Source: Mobula hypostoma
Taxonomy: Eukaryota
DNA length: 64,000 bases
Direction of reading: 5' to 3'
Assembly: GCF_963921235.1 (NCBI RefSeq)
Contig: NC_086106.1
Coordinates: 25,234,001-25,298,000, forward strand
Below, one piece after another: positions 1 through 11,959 of the stretch. The notes under the pieces were generated by a model. It was not told the DNA's origin, made no database searches, and saw only the letters and a list, made by a program, of their open reading frames with translations. A program made the translations under genes and the position numbers. The stretch's first letter is position 1. Every line of letters begins with the position of its first letter.

Positions 1-699
1 GCAGAACATACCACTTCTCATTTTACAAGAGCAGCTTGACGCCATTCCCTTCTATCTGTTTTATTTCTTTTCATAGCATATGCACAGTATGAGATCGGCT
101 TTAATTCAAAAATTATTTCAAATTTAGGTTCAATAAGTTTTTTTTAATTAGAGTACGATAATATATGAGATACTGAATCAAAAGTCGAGATGGATTGCAC
201 TTTCTAAGTCCATGCTTGCGAGATCGTCAGAGTTTGATAACATCGTCTGTTTAGGTATTCCTCATGGTAATACAATCCAGGATTGGTTTGATTGGAATGG
301 ATTTACATTTTTCCACAATGCCTATCTTAATGGGGATTTTGTTTACTTCTGATATCACGATACTTTATGATATTTCAAAATCGTTTGTATTCTTGCCAAT
401 GATGAACGACACACACAGCAAACCAAGATCAAGTCGTCGCATGCCTCTACTCCCAAAATTACGGAATTGCATTTTGATCTTTTCGGGTTGTGAGTCATTA
501 ATCAAACCCTGTGGAAACAAGTCCACTAGGATGGTAACATCATATGCTGCAGAAAAATCGCAAGAAACAAGATGTCTTTCTGGTTTTATTTGTTTATTTC
601 AGTTCTCCTCCTCAGAAAATAGGTGCGTGATAAATTCATATAAATTAGGCCTGAAATTCGCTGATTAATCTCAACATTCTCCGAAAGTAGATGTTGCTT

Positions 700-1050
700 A
701 TATCCTGTCATATACAAACGTATTTCTATGTATATCCATCGATCATTTATACTCACAAGCTTGACGTTGAAGAACTTCATAGTCGGGAACATTCAGCCCT
801 GGGTCACGAGGGAAAAGCGCTTTATCGAGAGTTTCGTTTGTCCGCAGTTATAAACGACCGAAACGCTGGGAACACCCAGCTGGGGTGGAAGCTTCAGTGA
901 AAATGGAAGAAGGAACTGTTCTCGTGAGAGAATAAGTACAGCTCTGCTGACATCTGGTAGAATATATTTTCTTTGTTCCTGGCGCTGTTACATGAAAGTC
1001 ACTGCCTGCTTCACGTCTCAACAGCTTATTCACAAAATGATCCTACTTCC
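700..1050 (-). pseudogene. Highly decayed V remnant, head-to-head with V1 (paralogs ~25290-25600 and ~28820-29150; mostly deleted in units 2 and 3)
   Basis: QMSAELYLFSHEN resembles FR1 of the minus-strand family (KYPAELTADEGQ); VSINDRWIY resembles the FR3 end; flank homologous to 29130-29310. Confidence 0.4.
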
Positions 1051-1414
1051 ATTCGCAAAATTAATTAGTAAGTTATTCTGAGAAAAGCTACTTGCATAGG
1101 ATGCATTTGAACAGGTCAAAATATCGTGCACCTTGCTGCTTGCTCATGTCTGCTTTTCAGATCAATTCTGACGTCTCTAAGTTCTGCCAGATATATAAAA
1201 CAGAGTAAAGACTGTAATTTCATCTTTTCCTCCTCCCCGGCTTCGTTACCAACCATTTAATTCTGCTCACACCATCTGCTTCGATGAGCAATCGCAATTT
1301 GATGACTGTCTTCTCCACGAGAATTGCCGCCTGCCCTGCACTCGTTTGCCGATTCGTGGCGCTTCGCTGTTAATGGCAGCTTACAAAGTATTTGACTCCT
1401 ATGTTCGGAACTTC

Positions 1415-1602
1415 TGTGGTCGCCTGTGCAGAATTTCACTTCCTGCATTTCGACTGAACGCTCCTTTGTGTTGTATATTTCGAGACTTAACACCTTGCGT
1501 TGCCTCTTGTGATTGGTCGGTTTGGCCAAGGTATGTACATTTCTCCTATTGCAATGAGTTTCCACCTAGAGTCACTGAAGTACAGACACAAACAGAGTGA
1601 AT
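1415..1602 (+). promoter_or_regulatory. Putative V promoter with RUNX (TGTGGT 1415-1420), ETS (CACTTCCTG 1437-1445) and reverse CCAAT (GATTGG); paralogous copies upstream of V2-V4
   Basis: Motif matches in the same order upstream of all four leaders; function inferred. Confidence 0.5.
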
Positions 1603-2077
1603 ATGGCAAACTGCCTCGCGCAGGTCCTCATTATTGTGTTCCTTCTGGGTAAGATATTCCTTCACTGTGTTATTCCAGATCTTCCTAATTATCAGTAACC
1701 ACGTGTTTTTCTCTCTATTTAAGTAACATACTGTTCCAAGTAAAATTTATGATGTGTTATTTATTTTACTGTTAGACTGGAGCCGTGAAGACGCAGTGGA
1801 ACAGTCAGTAGTTGCAATGACGTTTGAAGAAGAAAGTAATATTACCCTAAACTGTACATTGAAAACAAGCAATGCATCCCCGTATGTTTTCTGGTACAGG
1901 CAGCGCACCGGACAGCGACCACAGTATTTAATTCGGATTATCGCCGGAAAAGTATACCGAAATGAGCATGTAACCGACCGACTATTTGCCTCCTATGATA
2001 AAAGTAAAAAATATACTGAACTGTCGATTAACAACACCATACTCTCTGACTCGGCCACATACCTCTGCGCGATGAGC
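1603..2077 (+). CDS. TCR alpha/delta-type V segment V1 (leader 1603-1648, intron 1649-1775, V exon 1776-2077); ORF intact, RSS incomplete
   Basis: Leader MANCLAQVLIIVFLL+G|gtaag; acceptor gttag|; V exon DAVEQ..LNC..VFWYRQRTGQRPQYLI..DSATYLCAMS with Cys23, Trp41, Cys104. Confidence 0.93.
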
Positions 2078-2101
2078 CACGGTGCTTAAATATCTGAATT
2101 A
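2078..2101 (+). other. Truncated RSS of V1 (heptamer CACGGTG plus 17 bp of spacer; nonamer deleted)
   Basis: Matches paralogous spacers up to GAATTA, then jumps to sequence found ~525 bp further downstream in unit 2. Confidence 0.85.
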
Positions 2102-2512
2102 GGGATTTGGAGACAATGACACCCTAGGTTGCATCTTCGGAAGCAGCTCTATTTCAAACTTTAATATCTCTACTTTTTCCCTTTCAAGGTTATTTTTTAC
2201 ACCCTGACCTGCGGGTACTCGCTGTCGTCAGTTCGTTGCGGGAACTGGTCCGGCTCTCGGGGTCCAACGACTGGCCGTTATTCGATATGCAAAGAGCACC
2301 TCCAAACAGATTAGCATGTCTTCGGAGTTTCAGGATTTCGTGGCTCTGGGCGGGGGCGGCCTCGAGGTCGGTGCCAATGCAGGAAATCGTTGCGTCGTGG
2401 AGACGGAAGCTATCTGACTGTGTTCCAAGACACCCGAGTTCTTTGGGCACATAATCCGGAAAAAGCGGAGCCACGGACGTTTAACATCGTAATTCACTGA
2501 GTTGTTTGTTAA

Positions 2513-3455
2513 GCAACATACATCAAAGTTGCTGGTGAACGCAGCAGGCCAAGCAGCATCTATAAGAAGAGGCGCAGTCGACGTTTCAGGCCGAGACCCT
2601 TCGTCAGGACTAACTGAAGGAAGAGTGAGTAAGGGATTTGAAAGCTGGAGGGGGAGGGGGAGATGCAAAATGATAGGAGAAGACAGGAGGGGGAGGGATA
2701 GAGCCGAGAGCTGGACAGGTAATAGGCAAAAGGGGATACGAAAGGATCATGGGACAGGAGGTCCGGGAAGAAAGACAAGGGGGGGGGGTGACCCAGAGGA
2801 TGGGCAAGAGGTATATTCAGAGGGACTCTGTCCGCCAGAGAAAGCAGGATCTCCCAGTGGCCACATATTTTAATTCCACATCCTATTCCCATTCTCACAT
2901 GTCTATCCACGGCCTCCTCTACTGTAAAGATGAAGCCACACTCAGGTTGGAGGAACAACAGCTTATATTCCGTCTGGGTAGCCTCCAACCTGATGGCATG
3001 AACATCGACTTCTCTATCTTCCGCTAAGGCCCCACCTCCCCCTCGTACCCCATCTGTTACTCATTTTTATGCACACATTCTTTCTCTCACTCTCCTTTTT
3101 CTCCCTCTGCACCTCTGAATATACCTATTGCCCATCCTCTGGGTCACCCCCCCCTTGTCTTTCTTCCAGGACCTCCTGTCCCCTGATCCTCTCGTATCCC
3201 CTTTTGCCTATCACCTGTCCAGCTCTCGGCTCTATCCCTTTCCCTGCTGTCTTCTCCTATCATTTTGCATCTGCCCCTCCCCCTCCAGCTTTCAAATGCC
3301 CTTACTCACTGTTCCTTCAGTTAGTCCTGACGAAGGGTCTCGGCCTGAAACGTCGACTGCGCCTCTTCCTATTGATGCTGCTTGGCCTGCTGCGTTCACC
3401 AGCAACTTTGATGTATGTTGCTTGAATTTCCAGCATCTGCAGAATTCCTGTTGTT
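2513..3455 (+). mobile_element. 5'-truncated Penelope-like element with inverted terminal duplication, unique to unit 1
   Basis: 15-bp TSD TGAGTTGTTTGTTAA (2498-2512 and 3456-3470); inverted arms; GIY-YIG C-terminus HFN-like..LEEQQLIFRLGSLQPDGMNIDF*. Confidence 0.9.
3323..3358 (+). ncRNA. Minimal type I hammerhead ribozyme motif (identical inverted copy at 2576-2611)
   Basis: AGTC-CTGACGA-AGG/CCT stem II-GAAAC-GTC-GACT; stem III reduced to the palindrome ACGT. Confidence 0.75.
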
Positions 3456-3968
3456 TGAGTTGTTTGTTAATCTCGCTTCTCGCTGTGAACGGCAGACACC
3501 TCATTTTCACTTATTAGGAAGACAGAGAGGCTGTCGCATGTGGAATGACCGTGAGAATGAATAGTCCTTCGGGTACAGCAAGTCTGTTCGTTCAATGATG
3601 CTTTGTTGCACACTTGAGTGCCCGGTGGAGGGCGTTGATGCTCTTTCGCTGGTGCGGGACGGTGGATTGTTGCTCTTCTGGTGATTAACCGTGCGAGGAG
3701 GGAGCTGCGGTCGGGGGCTTTCGGGTTTCAGCATTTAACTGTCTTTCATTCTGTGTGGCACACCTCTGTTTTCCTGTATGTTTGCGAAGAAATAGAAATA
3801 TTCAAGGATGTATATTATATACATTAATCTGACATTACATGTACCTTTGAAACTGACACCTTCCACGCAGAATTATGAGCAGCGTTGACGCCACGAGACG
3901 TACTTGAGTGGAGCATTGTACTTGTATTTACAAACCTTACAGCAAGAGCCTCTAGAAACTCAACATTC

Positions 3969-5217
3969 TGTCCTAGAGGGGACGCTGGGAGCGGACCCAA
4001 ATGCAAGACATAGACACTGAAGTATCAGGAACAAGACAGGACTAGAGTTCTGGACGTGACAAGATGCAAACTAGCAGCTGGGACAAGAACAGAGACTTGG
4101 GCTAGGACATTGGCGAATCAGCGGGAGCAGGACAAGGAACTGGGAACTAGGAGCCTGGCCATGGACTCCGAGCCAGAGACTGGACAAGGACCCAGCAATG
4201 CGTAATGACTCGGGCTCGGACCGCGGAACTAAGCCAGCACAGGACGGGGCTACAAGAGTAAAGATTGCTTGGGTTTCACAAGGCGAGGACATGACGAGGC
4301 TTGGGCTCCTCGAGGCGAGGACATGACGAGCCTTGATTTCGGACTCCAAGCCAGAGTCTGTACCAGCTCCTAGAACATGGGTCTTGACTGGGGCTCGCAT
4401 TCCAGAACCAGACGAATACATGACGTGGTCTTGGGAGACATAACTGGAGGAGGCTGCGGGACAGAACGAGAGAGGCCTGGGCAAGATGAGGGAACTCTAG
4501 CACAGGACGAGGCACATGGACAGGACGGAAACACGAAGCCTTCACTTGGAGAAGAACGCAGAGCATTTGTCAAGGGAGATAGGAACGCAAAGCCTTGAAC
4601 TTCATAGAACAGGAACGCAGAGGCATGGAACACAGAGCCGGTACCCCTCCTTGGGAACAGGACTTGGTACCGGGACTCTACACAGAGTCAGGACCCCTCC
4701 TAGGGAGCAGGACGTACGGTCGGGACTCGTACACGGAACACAGAGAGACATTTCGCAACACGAGGTAGCGGCAGACGGCCGGACCTACGCAGCGAATGCG
4801 CAGACACCGAGAGACAGTTCGAAACAAAAACAAACAGTTCCTTTTCTTGCTCCGGAATCTGAACTTGACAACAGTGCAGGAAAAGCTTGCAGGCAATGGT
4901 TACAGACGGGGCAAGTCTCCAGGCGGGGCGAGGTTTCAGACGAGGCACCACGAGGCAAGGTACCAGACACAGGTTGCTGGGCAAGACTTCAGGAGGAAGG
5001 GACAGAGAAGGGATTCAGACAGGGGGTGTGGACAGGAACAATCCTGCAACTTATGCTGAACCAAGGAGCTATTTATGTAGCCAGCCCAAAATATGAATCA
5101 GCTGCCTAAATTAGAGCACACAGCAGAAAAGAAAAAGGAAAACCGTGAAACCTGGAATAAGGAACGATCGGCCGGACCGTAAACCGCAATCCGGACTTCA
5201 CGGACCTGACTATGACA
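3969..5217 (-). mobile_element. Solo LTR, Gypsy-like
   Basis: TGTC..TGACA termini; 5-bp TSD CATTC/CAGTC; internal short tandem repeats; strand inferred. Confidence 0.8.
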
Positions 5218-5321
5218 CAGTCATGATATAGTCCATGATAAATCTATCTAGAGTATTGACTATCCACTAAAATCACCTTATTGGATATGCACGACAATTG
5301 TTATTAATATCTTAGTTGAGA

Positions 5322-5626
5322 GGCCACGTGGCCAAGTGGTTAAGGCAGGGGATTAGCAAGCTGAAGGTCGTGAGCCCCAGCCCCAGCCGAGGCACGTGTT
5401 GTGGCCTTGAGCAAGGCTCTTAATCAAACACTGCTCTGCGACGATAATGGAACCCAGCTGTATGGGTCCTAATGTCCTTTCCTTGGACATCATTGGTGTC
5501 CTGGAGAGGGGAGACATGCAGCATGGACAACTGCTGGTTTTCCATACTACGGTGCCTAGGGCTGCGTCCTGGAGAATGAAGACTTTCCAGGCGCAGATCC
5601 ATCGACTCGTAAGTCTAACAGATACC
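5322..5626 (+). mobile_element. tRNA-derived SINE (paralog ~13371-13670)
   Basis: A-box TGGCCAAGTGG and degenerate B-box in a tRNA-like head, followed by a non-tRNA body. Confidence 0.75.
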
Positions 5627-6189
5627 TTAGAATATCATAGTTGAACGGAAACTGCATTTTCACATTTCATGAAAATGCTTTCGTCGTGTCATATGTCGTA
5701 TAATTGTCCCCTTTATTCTGTCGTTCAACTGGCAATATTGCCGATCATCAGACGCCACTGTACTGGACCTTTCGATGAATTCGACAGTACATCTTCGGCT
5801 AGCAGATTGTCCTAATGCCTGTACACGCAATTTTGCTAAATTTCATGACGTAAATAATCAGTACATTTTATCCTGAAACAAGTACTTTATGCTGGAAAGC
5901 TATTTTCTGTGCTACTGGAAAGATAAACACGAAGTAATATAAATGTTATCATCGCAATTCCAGAAATAAAGATTAAAGACGTAGCCTTTCCTCAATGTCC
6001 ATACATTTGTCAGAATCTTCCATTCGACAGCGGTCTCCTCCTCCAGTCAAGTCATTATCAAGATGGATTTAGTAATTCCCCCGTTATATACGGTCAACAA
6101 ACTGTTCAGTATTGACCGCCGAAGCCTTTGTGCTCCAACCTGAAGTATATTGCACCACGATTGAGCATTTTATTTTAGATAATATCCAG

Positions 6190-6715
6190 TGTGGCTATAT
6201 GTATATCTCATGTGGATAGGGTGGTGAAGAAAGTATGCTGCCCTTTATAAGTCAGAGAATTGTGTATTGGAGTTAGGATGTAATGTTGATTCTACAAGGC
6301 ATTGGTAAGGTCAAATTTGGAGGATCGTGTATAGCTCTGGTCACCTTATTATAGGAAAATATGAATAAAATTGAGAGAGTACAGAGAAGATTTACGAGAA
6401 TGTTGCCTGCGTTTCATCTACTGAGTTGCAGAGAGAGTTTGAACAAGTTGGGTCTTTCTTCTTAGGAGCGTGGAAGGTTAGTGGGGGACTTGATAGAGAT
6501 ATTTACAATTATAAAGGGGATAGAGTTGATGTGGAAAGGCTTTTCCATTGACAGTGGGGGAGATTCAAACAAGAGGACATGAGTTTAGAGTTAACGGGCA
6601 ACAGTTTAGGTGTAACATGAGGGCGGACTTCTTTATTCAGAGAGTGGTAGCTGTGTGGAACGTCATTCCAGCAGAAGTGGTTGAGGCAGGTTCGGTGCTG
6701 TCATTTAAAGTTACA
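6190..6715 (+). mobile_element. CR1-type LINE 3' ORF2 fragment (paralog ~14240-14760; short extra copy ~7485-7565)
   Basis: Decayed C-terminal ORF2 motifs: ..QRRFTRM, RADFFIQRVVAVWN. Confidence 0.8.
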
Positions 6716-7682
6716 AAAAAAAAAAAACTTTTTTCCCCCCAGTTAGTTTGTTGTTATAGCCAATAATACATGAAGGAACTCACAAATTCGTCAACTTCAT
6801 CCACATATTAAACATATTTTCTTGTTTTCCTGCGTTCTTGAGATAGAAAGTTTCGTCAAAACTGAAAATGAAACAGTCACGAGACAACTGGTGTTTACTT
6901 TGTAAATTATATACTTTTTTTTATTTTCCAGATCTACCTTCCTGAAAGGTCAAATGAAATCCATGTGTTAAATGTGCGCCAAAATCGTCTTTCGGCGTAC
7001 TGAAAGGAGTGAAAACATCAAATATTTCTACAAAAACATCTCAAAATGCCCGCTGTCATTACATTAAATGCGGTATATTAGTTAATCCTCTTTTTATGCT
7101 ATAGGGCTATTTGACTTTTTTTTTAAATGTCGGATTTCCGATTTACTCTGTTCACCTACTCTGTTAATTACAAACACAAAACAATCTGCGGATTCTGGCA
7201 TCAAAGCAACAGGCACATCACGCTGGAGGAACTCAGCAGATCGAGCAGCATCAGTGGAAACCATGAGTCGACGTTTCGGGCGGAACCCTTCGTCAGGAAC
7301 AAAGAAAATACCTTCCTCAGGATGTCAGCAGAGCTTCAGCAATTCTCTCACGAGAACTGTACCTTCTTTGATTTTCGCAGAAGCTGCCACGCCAGCTTGG
7401 TGTTCCCAAGCTTTTATAACTGCCGATAAACGATAAACGAAAAATAAACGTAATTAAATGAACAGTTTTTAATCTTATATTTTGTACTCAGAGAGTGGTA
7501 GCTGTGTGGAACGAGCTTCCAGCAGAAGTGGTTGAGGCAGGTTCGATACTGTCATCTAATGTTAAAAAACATTTTACTTTTCCCCGTTTGTTTGTTGTTA
7601 TCGCCAATAATATATGAAGGGACTTGCATTTTGATAGTGTTTATTAAGGGTTTATATTAAAAATATTTAACCCTTCGTCATT

Positions 7683-7716
7683 GTCCTGACGAAGGGTTCC
7701 GGCCCGAAACGTCGAC
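7683..7716 (+). ncRNA. Penelope-terminus hammerhead motif (further copies 14879-14912 +, 7266-7300 -, 37937-37972 -)
   Basis: CTGACGA..GAAACGTCGAC core; stem I partly degenerate. Confidence 0.6.
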
Positions 7717-7799
7717 TTATCGTTTCCACTGATGCTGCCCGACCCGTTGAGTTCCTCCAGGGAGTTGTGAGTGTTACTCTGTATATTACACCAGTTCGT

Positions 7800-8209
7800 A
7801 ATAGATTGGAATAGTTATCGGGCATATGACGAATAGCATGAATTCTTCCTCGCACTGCACAGATGCTGCCTGATCTTGTGGATATTTGTTTCGCGTTCTC
7901 TTTCATTTTTGAAATAGAGGACGCGGTACGTTGCTTTTGTCATGGATTTGCATAAAGGGGACAGCGCCACTATCTTTGATCGTGTCGTACTAATCGTGAC
8001 CATGCAGTGCCCTTCTACGTGATCCTATTTAATGATGTACATACTCTCTCCATATTACAGCAACTACTCTGATGCGGTGCTCTCCGTCTGTTGTCACTAT
8101 GGTCGTCAGACAATCTCCATGACAGTTACTGTGCACTTTATAGCATTCACAAATTTCATACAGGCAGCTGCGGAAGTAACGAAAGAACGTAGACGTAAAA
8201 CCGCTTCAT
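7800..8209 (-). pseudogene. Decayed V-like remnant with a recognisable leader (paralog ATGs at 15406 and 23772)
   Basis: CACCTG upstream, MKRFYVYVLSLLPQLP|gtatga, then LCK..VLYFK and FMLFV..IYY-like segments. Confidence 0.4.
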
Positions 8210-10026
8210 TCGACTCCAGGTGCAAATGCGTTGGACTGAATTATTGGACAATCTATTCTTATTTCCACGACACAGCGTAGAGCAGTTTCAATACCGTTCA
8301 GAGACTCTGTTCCCTGTTTAGTGCCCCATGTGTGTTTCACACTGTTTGTAACAGAACCATAATGCAGAAATGTCCGCAATAGCTGTGCGAAGGTTCATCC
8401 ACTTTCTCTCAATTTGATCTCCACACGGAAATACCACGCGGGGTCAGTCAGCTGCACCGCTGCCATAGTCAGTAGCTGCTCCTTCTCAATAACCGGACTG
8501 CATCAGGAAGCCGACCATTACAGAATTACGCCGGATGTTCATAGACTCCAGCAGCTGGTTACCGCATGGAAAACTCCGGTTGTCTGTCCGGAATATTTTG
8601 CGGAGACAAAATAAATCAGAGGAAAATGATGCCGTGATGTCTTTCATTTTTTGTCCATATGACTAATAACTTTGGCTGCGTTATTGATACGGCATTGTTC
8701 AGTCCGGTTATATGATTAAATTGAGAAAAAAACACTCCGTTTTCACGCAGCATGAAACACATCGAAACAGCTGAATGCATCATAAAGAATGGGACAGCAC
8801 CTTTGTATGTTTCGCACACCACACCATTTCTCAGTTTACAAGAACAGTTTGACCCCATTCCCCTCTATCTGTTTTATTTCTTTTGATAGCATATGCACAG
8901 TATGAGATCGGCTTTAATTGAAAAATTGATTTCAAATTTGGGTGAAAAGGTTTCTTTTTTGAATCAGAGTATGAAAACATCTGAGATACTGAATCAGAAG
9001 TCGAGATGGATTGCACTTTCTAAGTCCATGCTTGCGAGATCGTCACAGTTTGAAAACAACGTCAGTTCAGATATTCCTCATGGTCATATAATCCAGGATT
9101 GGTTTCCATAGAATGGATTTACATTTTTCCACTGCTCCTCTTTTAAAGGGGATTTTGTCTACTTCTGATATCTCGATACTTTATGATAATTGAAAATCGC
9201 ATGTAATCTTGCCGATGATGAACGACACACACAGCAAACCAAGACCAAGTCGTCGCATGACTCTGTTCCCAAAATTAGGGACTTGCATTTTGATCTTTTC
9301 GACCTGTGAGTCATTAATCAAACCTTTCGGAAACGTACACTGGGATGGTCCAACATCATATACTACAAACAATTGAAAGAAACAAGATGTCGTTCTGGTT
9401 TTATTTGTTTATTTCCGAGTGTCTACCTCACAAAATAGGTGCCTGATAAATTCATATAAATTAGGCGGGAAATTTGCTGATTAGTCTCAACATTCTCCAG
9501 AAGTACATATTGCTGATATTCTGACATATATATCTACATATATATCCATCTATCATTTATACTCACAAGATTGACGTTGAACAACTTGATCGTCGGGAAC
9601 TTTCAGCCCTCGCTCACGACACAGTAAAGTAAAGACGGTAATTTCATCTTTTCCTCCACCCCCACTTCGTTAACATCCCTTTAATTCTACTCGCACCATT
9701 TGCTTCGATGAGCAATCGCAATTTGATGACAGTCTTCTCCACGAGAATTGCCGCGTGCCCTGCACTCGTTTGCCGACGAGTGGCGCTTCACTATTAATGG
9801 CAGCTCTAAAGTATTTGACTCCTATGTTCTGCACTTCTGTGGTCGCCGCTGCAAAATTTCACTTCCTGCAATTCGACTGAACGCCCTTTCGTATTGGGTA
9901 TTTGGAGATTTAACACCTTGCGTTGCCTCTTGTGATTGGTCGGTTTGGCCAAGGTATGTGTATTTCTCCTGTTGCAATGACTTTCCACCTGGAGTCACGA
10001 ATGTACAGAAAGCAAACAGAGTGAAT

Positions 10027-10503
10027 ATGGCAAACTGCCTCACGCAGGTCCTCATTATTGTGTTTCTACTAGGTAAGCTATTCCTCCACTGTGTTAATCC
10101 AGACCTTCCTAATTCTCTGTCACCACGTTTTTTTTTCTCTATATTTAAGTAACATGTTGTTCGAAGTAGAGCTTATGATGCTTTGTTTATTTTACTGTTA
10201 GACTGGAGCTGCGAAGACTCAGTGGAACAGTCAGTAGTTGCAATGACGTCTGAAGAAGAAAGTAATATTACCCTAAACTGTACTTTGCAAACAAGCAATG
10301 CAAGCCCGAATGTTTTCTGGTACAGGCAGCGCACCGGACAGCGACCACAGCATTTAATTCGGATTATCGCCGGAAAAGTATACCGAAATGAACATGTAAC
10401 CGACCGACTATTTGCTTCCTATGATAAAAGTAAAAAATATACTGAACTGTCGATTAACAACACCATACTCTCTGACTCGGCCACATACCTCTGCGCGATG
10501 AGC
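10027..10503 (+). CDS. TCR alpha/delta-type V segment V2 (leader 10027-10072, V exon 10202-10503); apparently functional
   Basis: GT/AG intron, open V exon with Cys/Trp/Cys and YLCAMS, complete RSS. Confidence 0.95.
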
Positions 10504-10541
10504 CACGGTGCTTAAAAATCAGAATTATTCGAACAAAAACA
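10504..10541 (+). other. RSS of V2 (23-type)
   Basis: CACGGTG + 22 bp + ACAAAAACA. Confidence 0.9.
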
Positions 10542-10565
10542 CTCTTTAACAGTTTCCTCGAGAGG

Positions 10566-10579
10566 TCGATAGAGGGCGA
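10566..10579 (+). promoter_or_regulatory. CTCF-like motif 24 bp past the RSS nonamer (also 17769-17782 and 26685-26698)
   Basis: TCGATAGAGGGCGA versus the CTCF core CCASYAGRKGGCRS. Confidence 0.5.
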
Positions 10580-11039
10580 ACAATTCAAGGCGAACATACA
10601 TTCTAACTGAATCCCAAAGGTTTAGTCTTATGTTTCATATGATGTCATAGCTATTTTCTCGCACCAGTGATATATCCACTTGGCATTGTTACTGGATCCT
10701 ATCGTTCATAGATAGCTGTGACTGTGAGAAAAATCACTTCAACTTAAGTGATTGTTATATGTTACTTGATTTCAAGGACTAATCACCTTTTAAACGCCAG
10801 CGTCAGATTATTCCTGACATCAAGAAAAGCTGAGTGTAATTGAATTCGCCGAATTTCATTTTCGAAAGTTACAACTAGCGTTAATTCTCATACACGATCC
10901 ATTGTGTTTACCGACAAATTTAATTTGGTTATCAGAAAAAAAAATAAAGTAGCCAAATATTTGATTGAACACATCAGTACTTCAAAACATTGTCCAATTG
11001 TCAACATGAATGGCGCATACTCTCTGAAATTGGGTCACT

Positions 11040-11840
11040 TGATGATCAGGTGGGGATTTGGAGACAATGACACCCTAGGTTGCATCTTCGGAAACAGCTC
11101 TATTTCAAACTTTAATATCTCTACTTTTTCCCTTTCAAGGTTATTTTTTACACCCTGATCTGCGGGTACTCGCTGTCGTCGGTTCGTTGCGGGAACTGCT
11201 CCGGCTCTCGGGGTCGCACGACTGGCCGTTATTCGATACGCAAAGAACACCTCCAAACAGATTAGCATGTCTTCGGAGTTCATGATTTCGTGGCTCTGGA
11301 GGGGGACGGCCTCGAGGTCGGTGCCAATGCAGGAAATCGTTGCGTCGTGGAGACGGAAGCTATCTGATTGTGTTCCAAGACACCCGAGTTCTTTGGGCAC
11401 AGATATCGGAAAAAGCGGCGCAACGGACATTTAACATCGTAATTCGCTGATTTGTTTGTTATGTCTGGCTTCTCGCTGTGAACGGCAGTCACCTCATTTT
11501 CACTTATTGGGAAGACAGAGAGGCTGTCGTATGTGGAATGACCGTGAGAATGAATAATCTTTGGGGAACAGCAAGTCTGTGTGTTCAATGATGCTTTGTT
11601 GCACACTTGAGTGCCCGGTGGAGGGCGTTAATGCTCTTTCGCTGGTGCGGGACGGGGGTTTGTTGCTCTGTTGGTGATTAACCGTGAGAGGAGGGAGCTG
11701 CGGTGGGGGGCTTTCGGGTTCCAGCATTTAACTGTCATTCATTCTGTGTGGCACACCTCTGTTCCTTCATGTTTGCGAAGAAATAGAAATATTCAAGGAT
11801 GTATATTGTATACATTAATCTGACATTACATGTACCTTTG
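11040..11840 (+). mobile_element. Old interspersed repeat, probably a LINE 3' region ending in CTTTGAA (copies ~2102-3850, ~18240-19065, ~27420-27845; inverted copy ~58440-59240)
   Basis: Dispersed similar copies on both strands with the terminal ATGTATATTGTATACA..CTTTGAA motif. Confidence 0.6.
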
Positions 11841-11959
11841 AAACTGACACCTTCCACGCAGAATTATGAGCAGCGTTGACGCCACGAGACGTACTTGAGT
11901 GGAGCATTGTACTTGTATTTACAAAACTTACAGCAAGAGCCTCCTGAAACTCAACATTC

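Noticed and set aside
1754-2089. ORF-track starts for the four plus-strand Vs (MLFILLL.., ending SHGA*)
   Set aside because: These starts lie in the intron and the ends run through the RSS; the real structure is a spliced leader plus V exon.
4516-5109. 197-aa ORF and the many overlapping ORFs in both LTR copies
   Set aside because: Low-complexity LTR sequence; the frame is not conserved between copies and has no recognisable domain.
5322-5395. tRNA gene
   Set aside because: Degenerate B-box and T-arm followed by a SINE body; it is a SINE head.
8300-8640. GSVSCTA and LRLSVRN fragments as a further V fossil
   Set aside because: Too degenerate to distinguish from chance.
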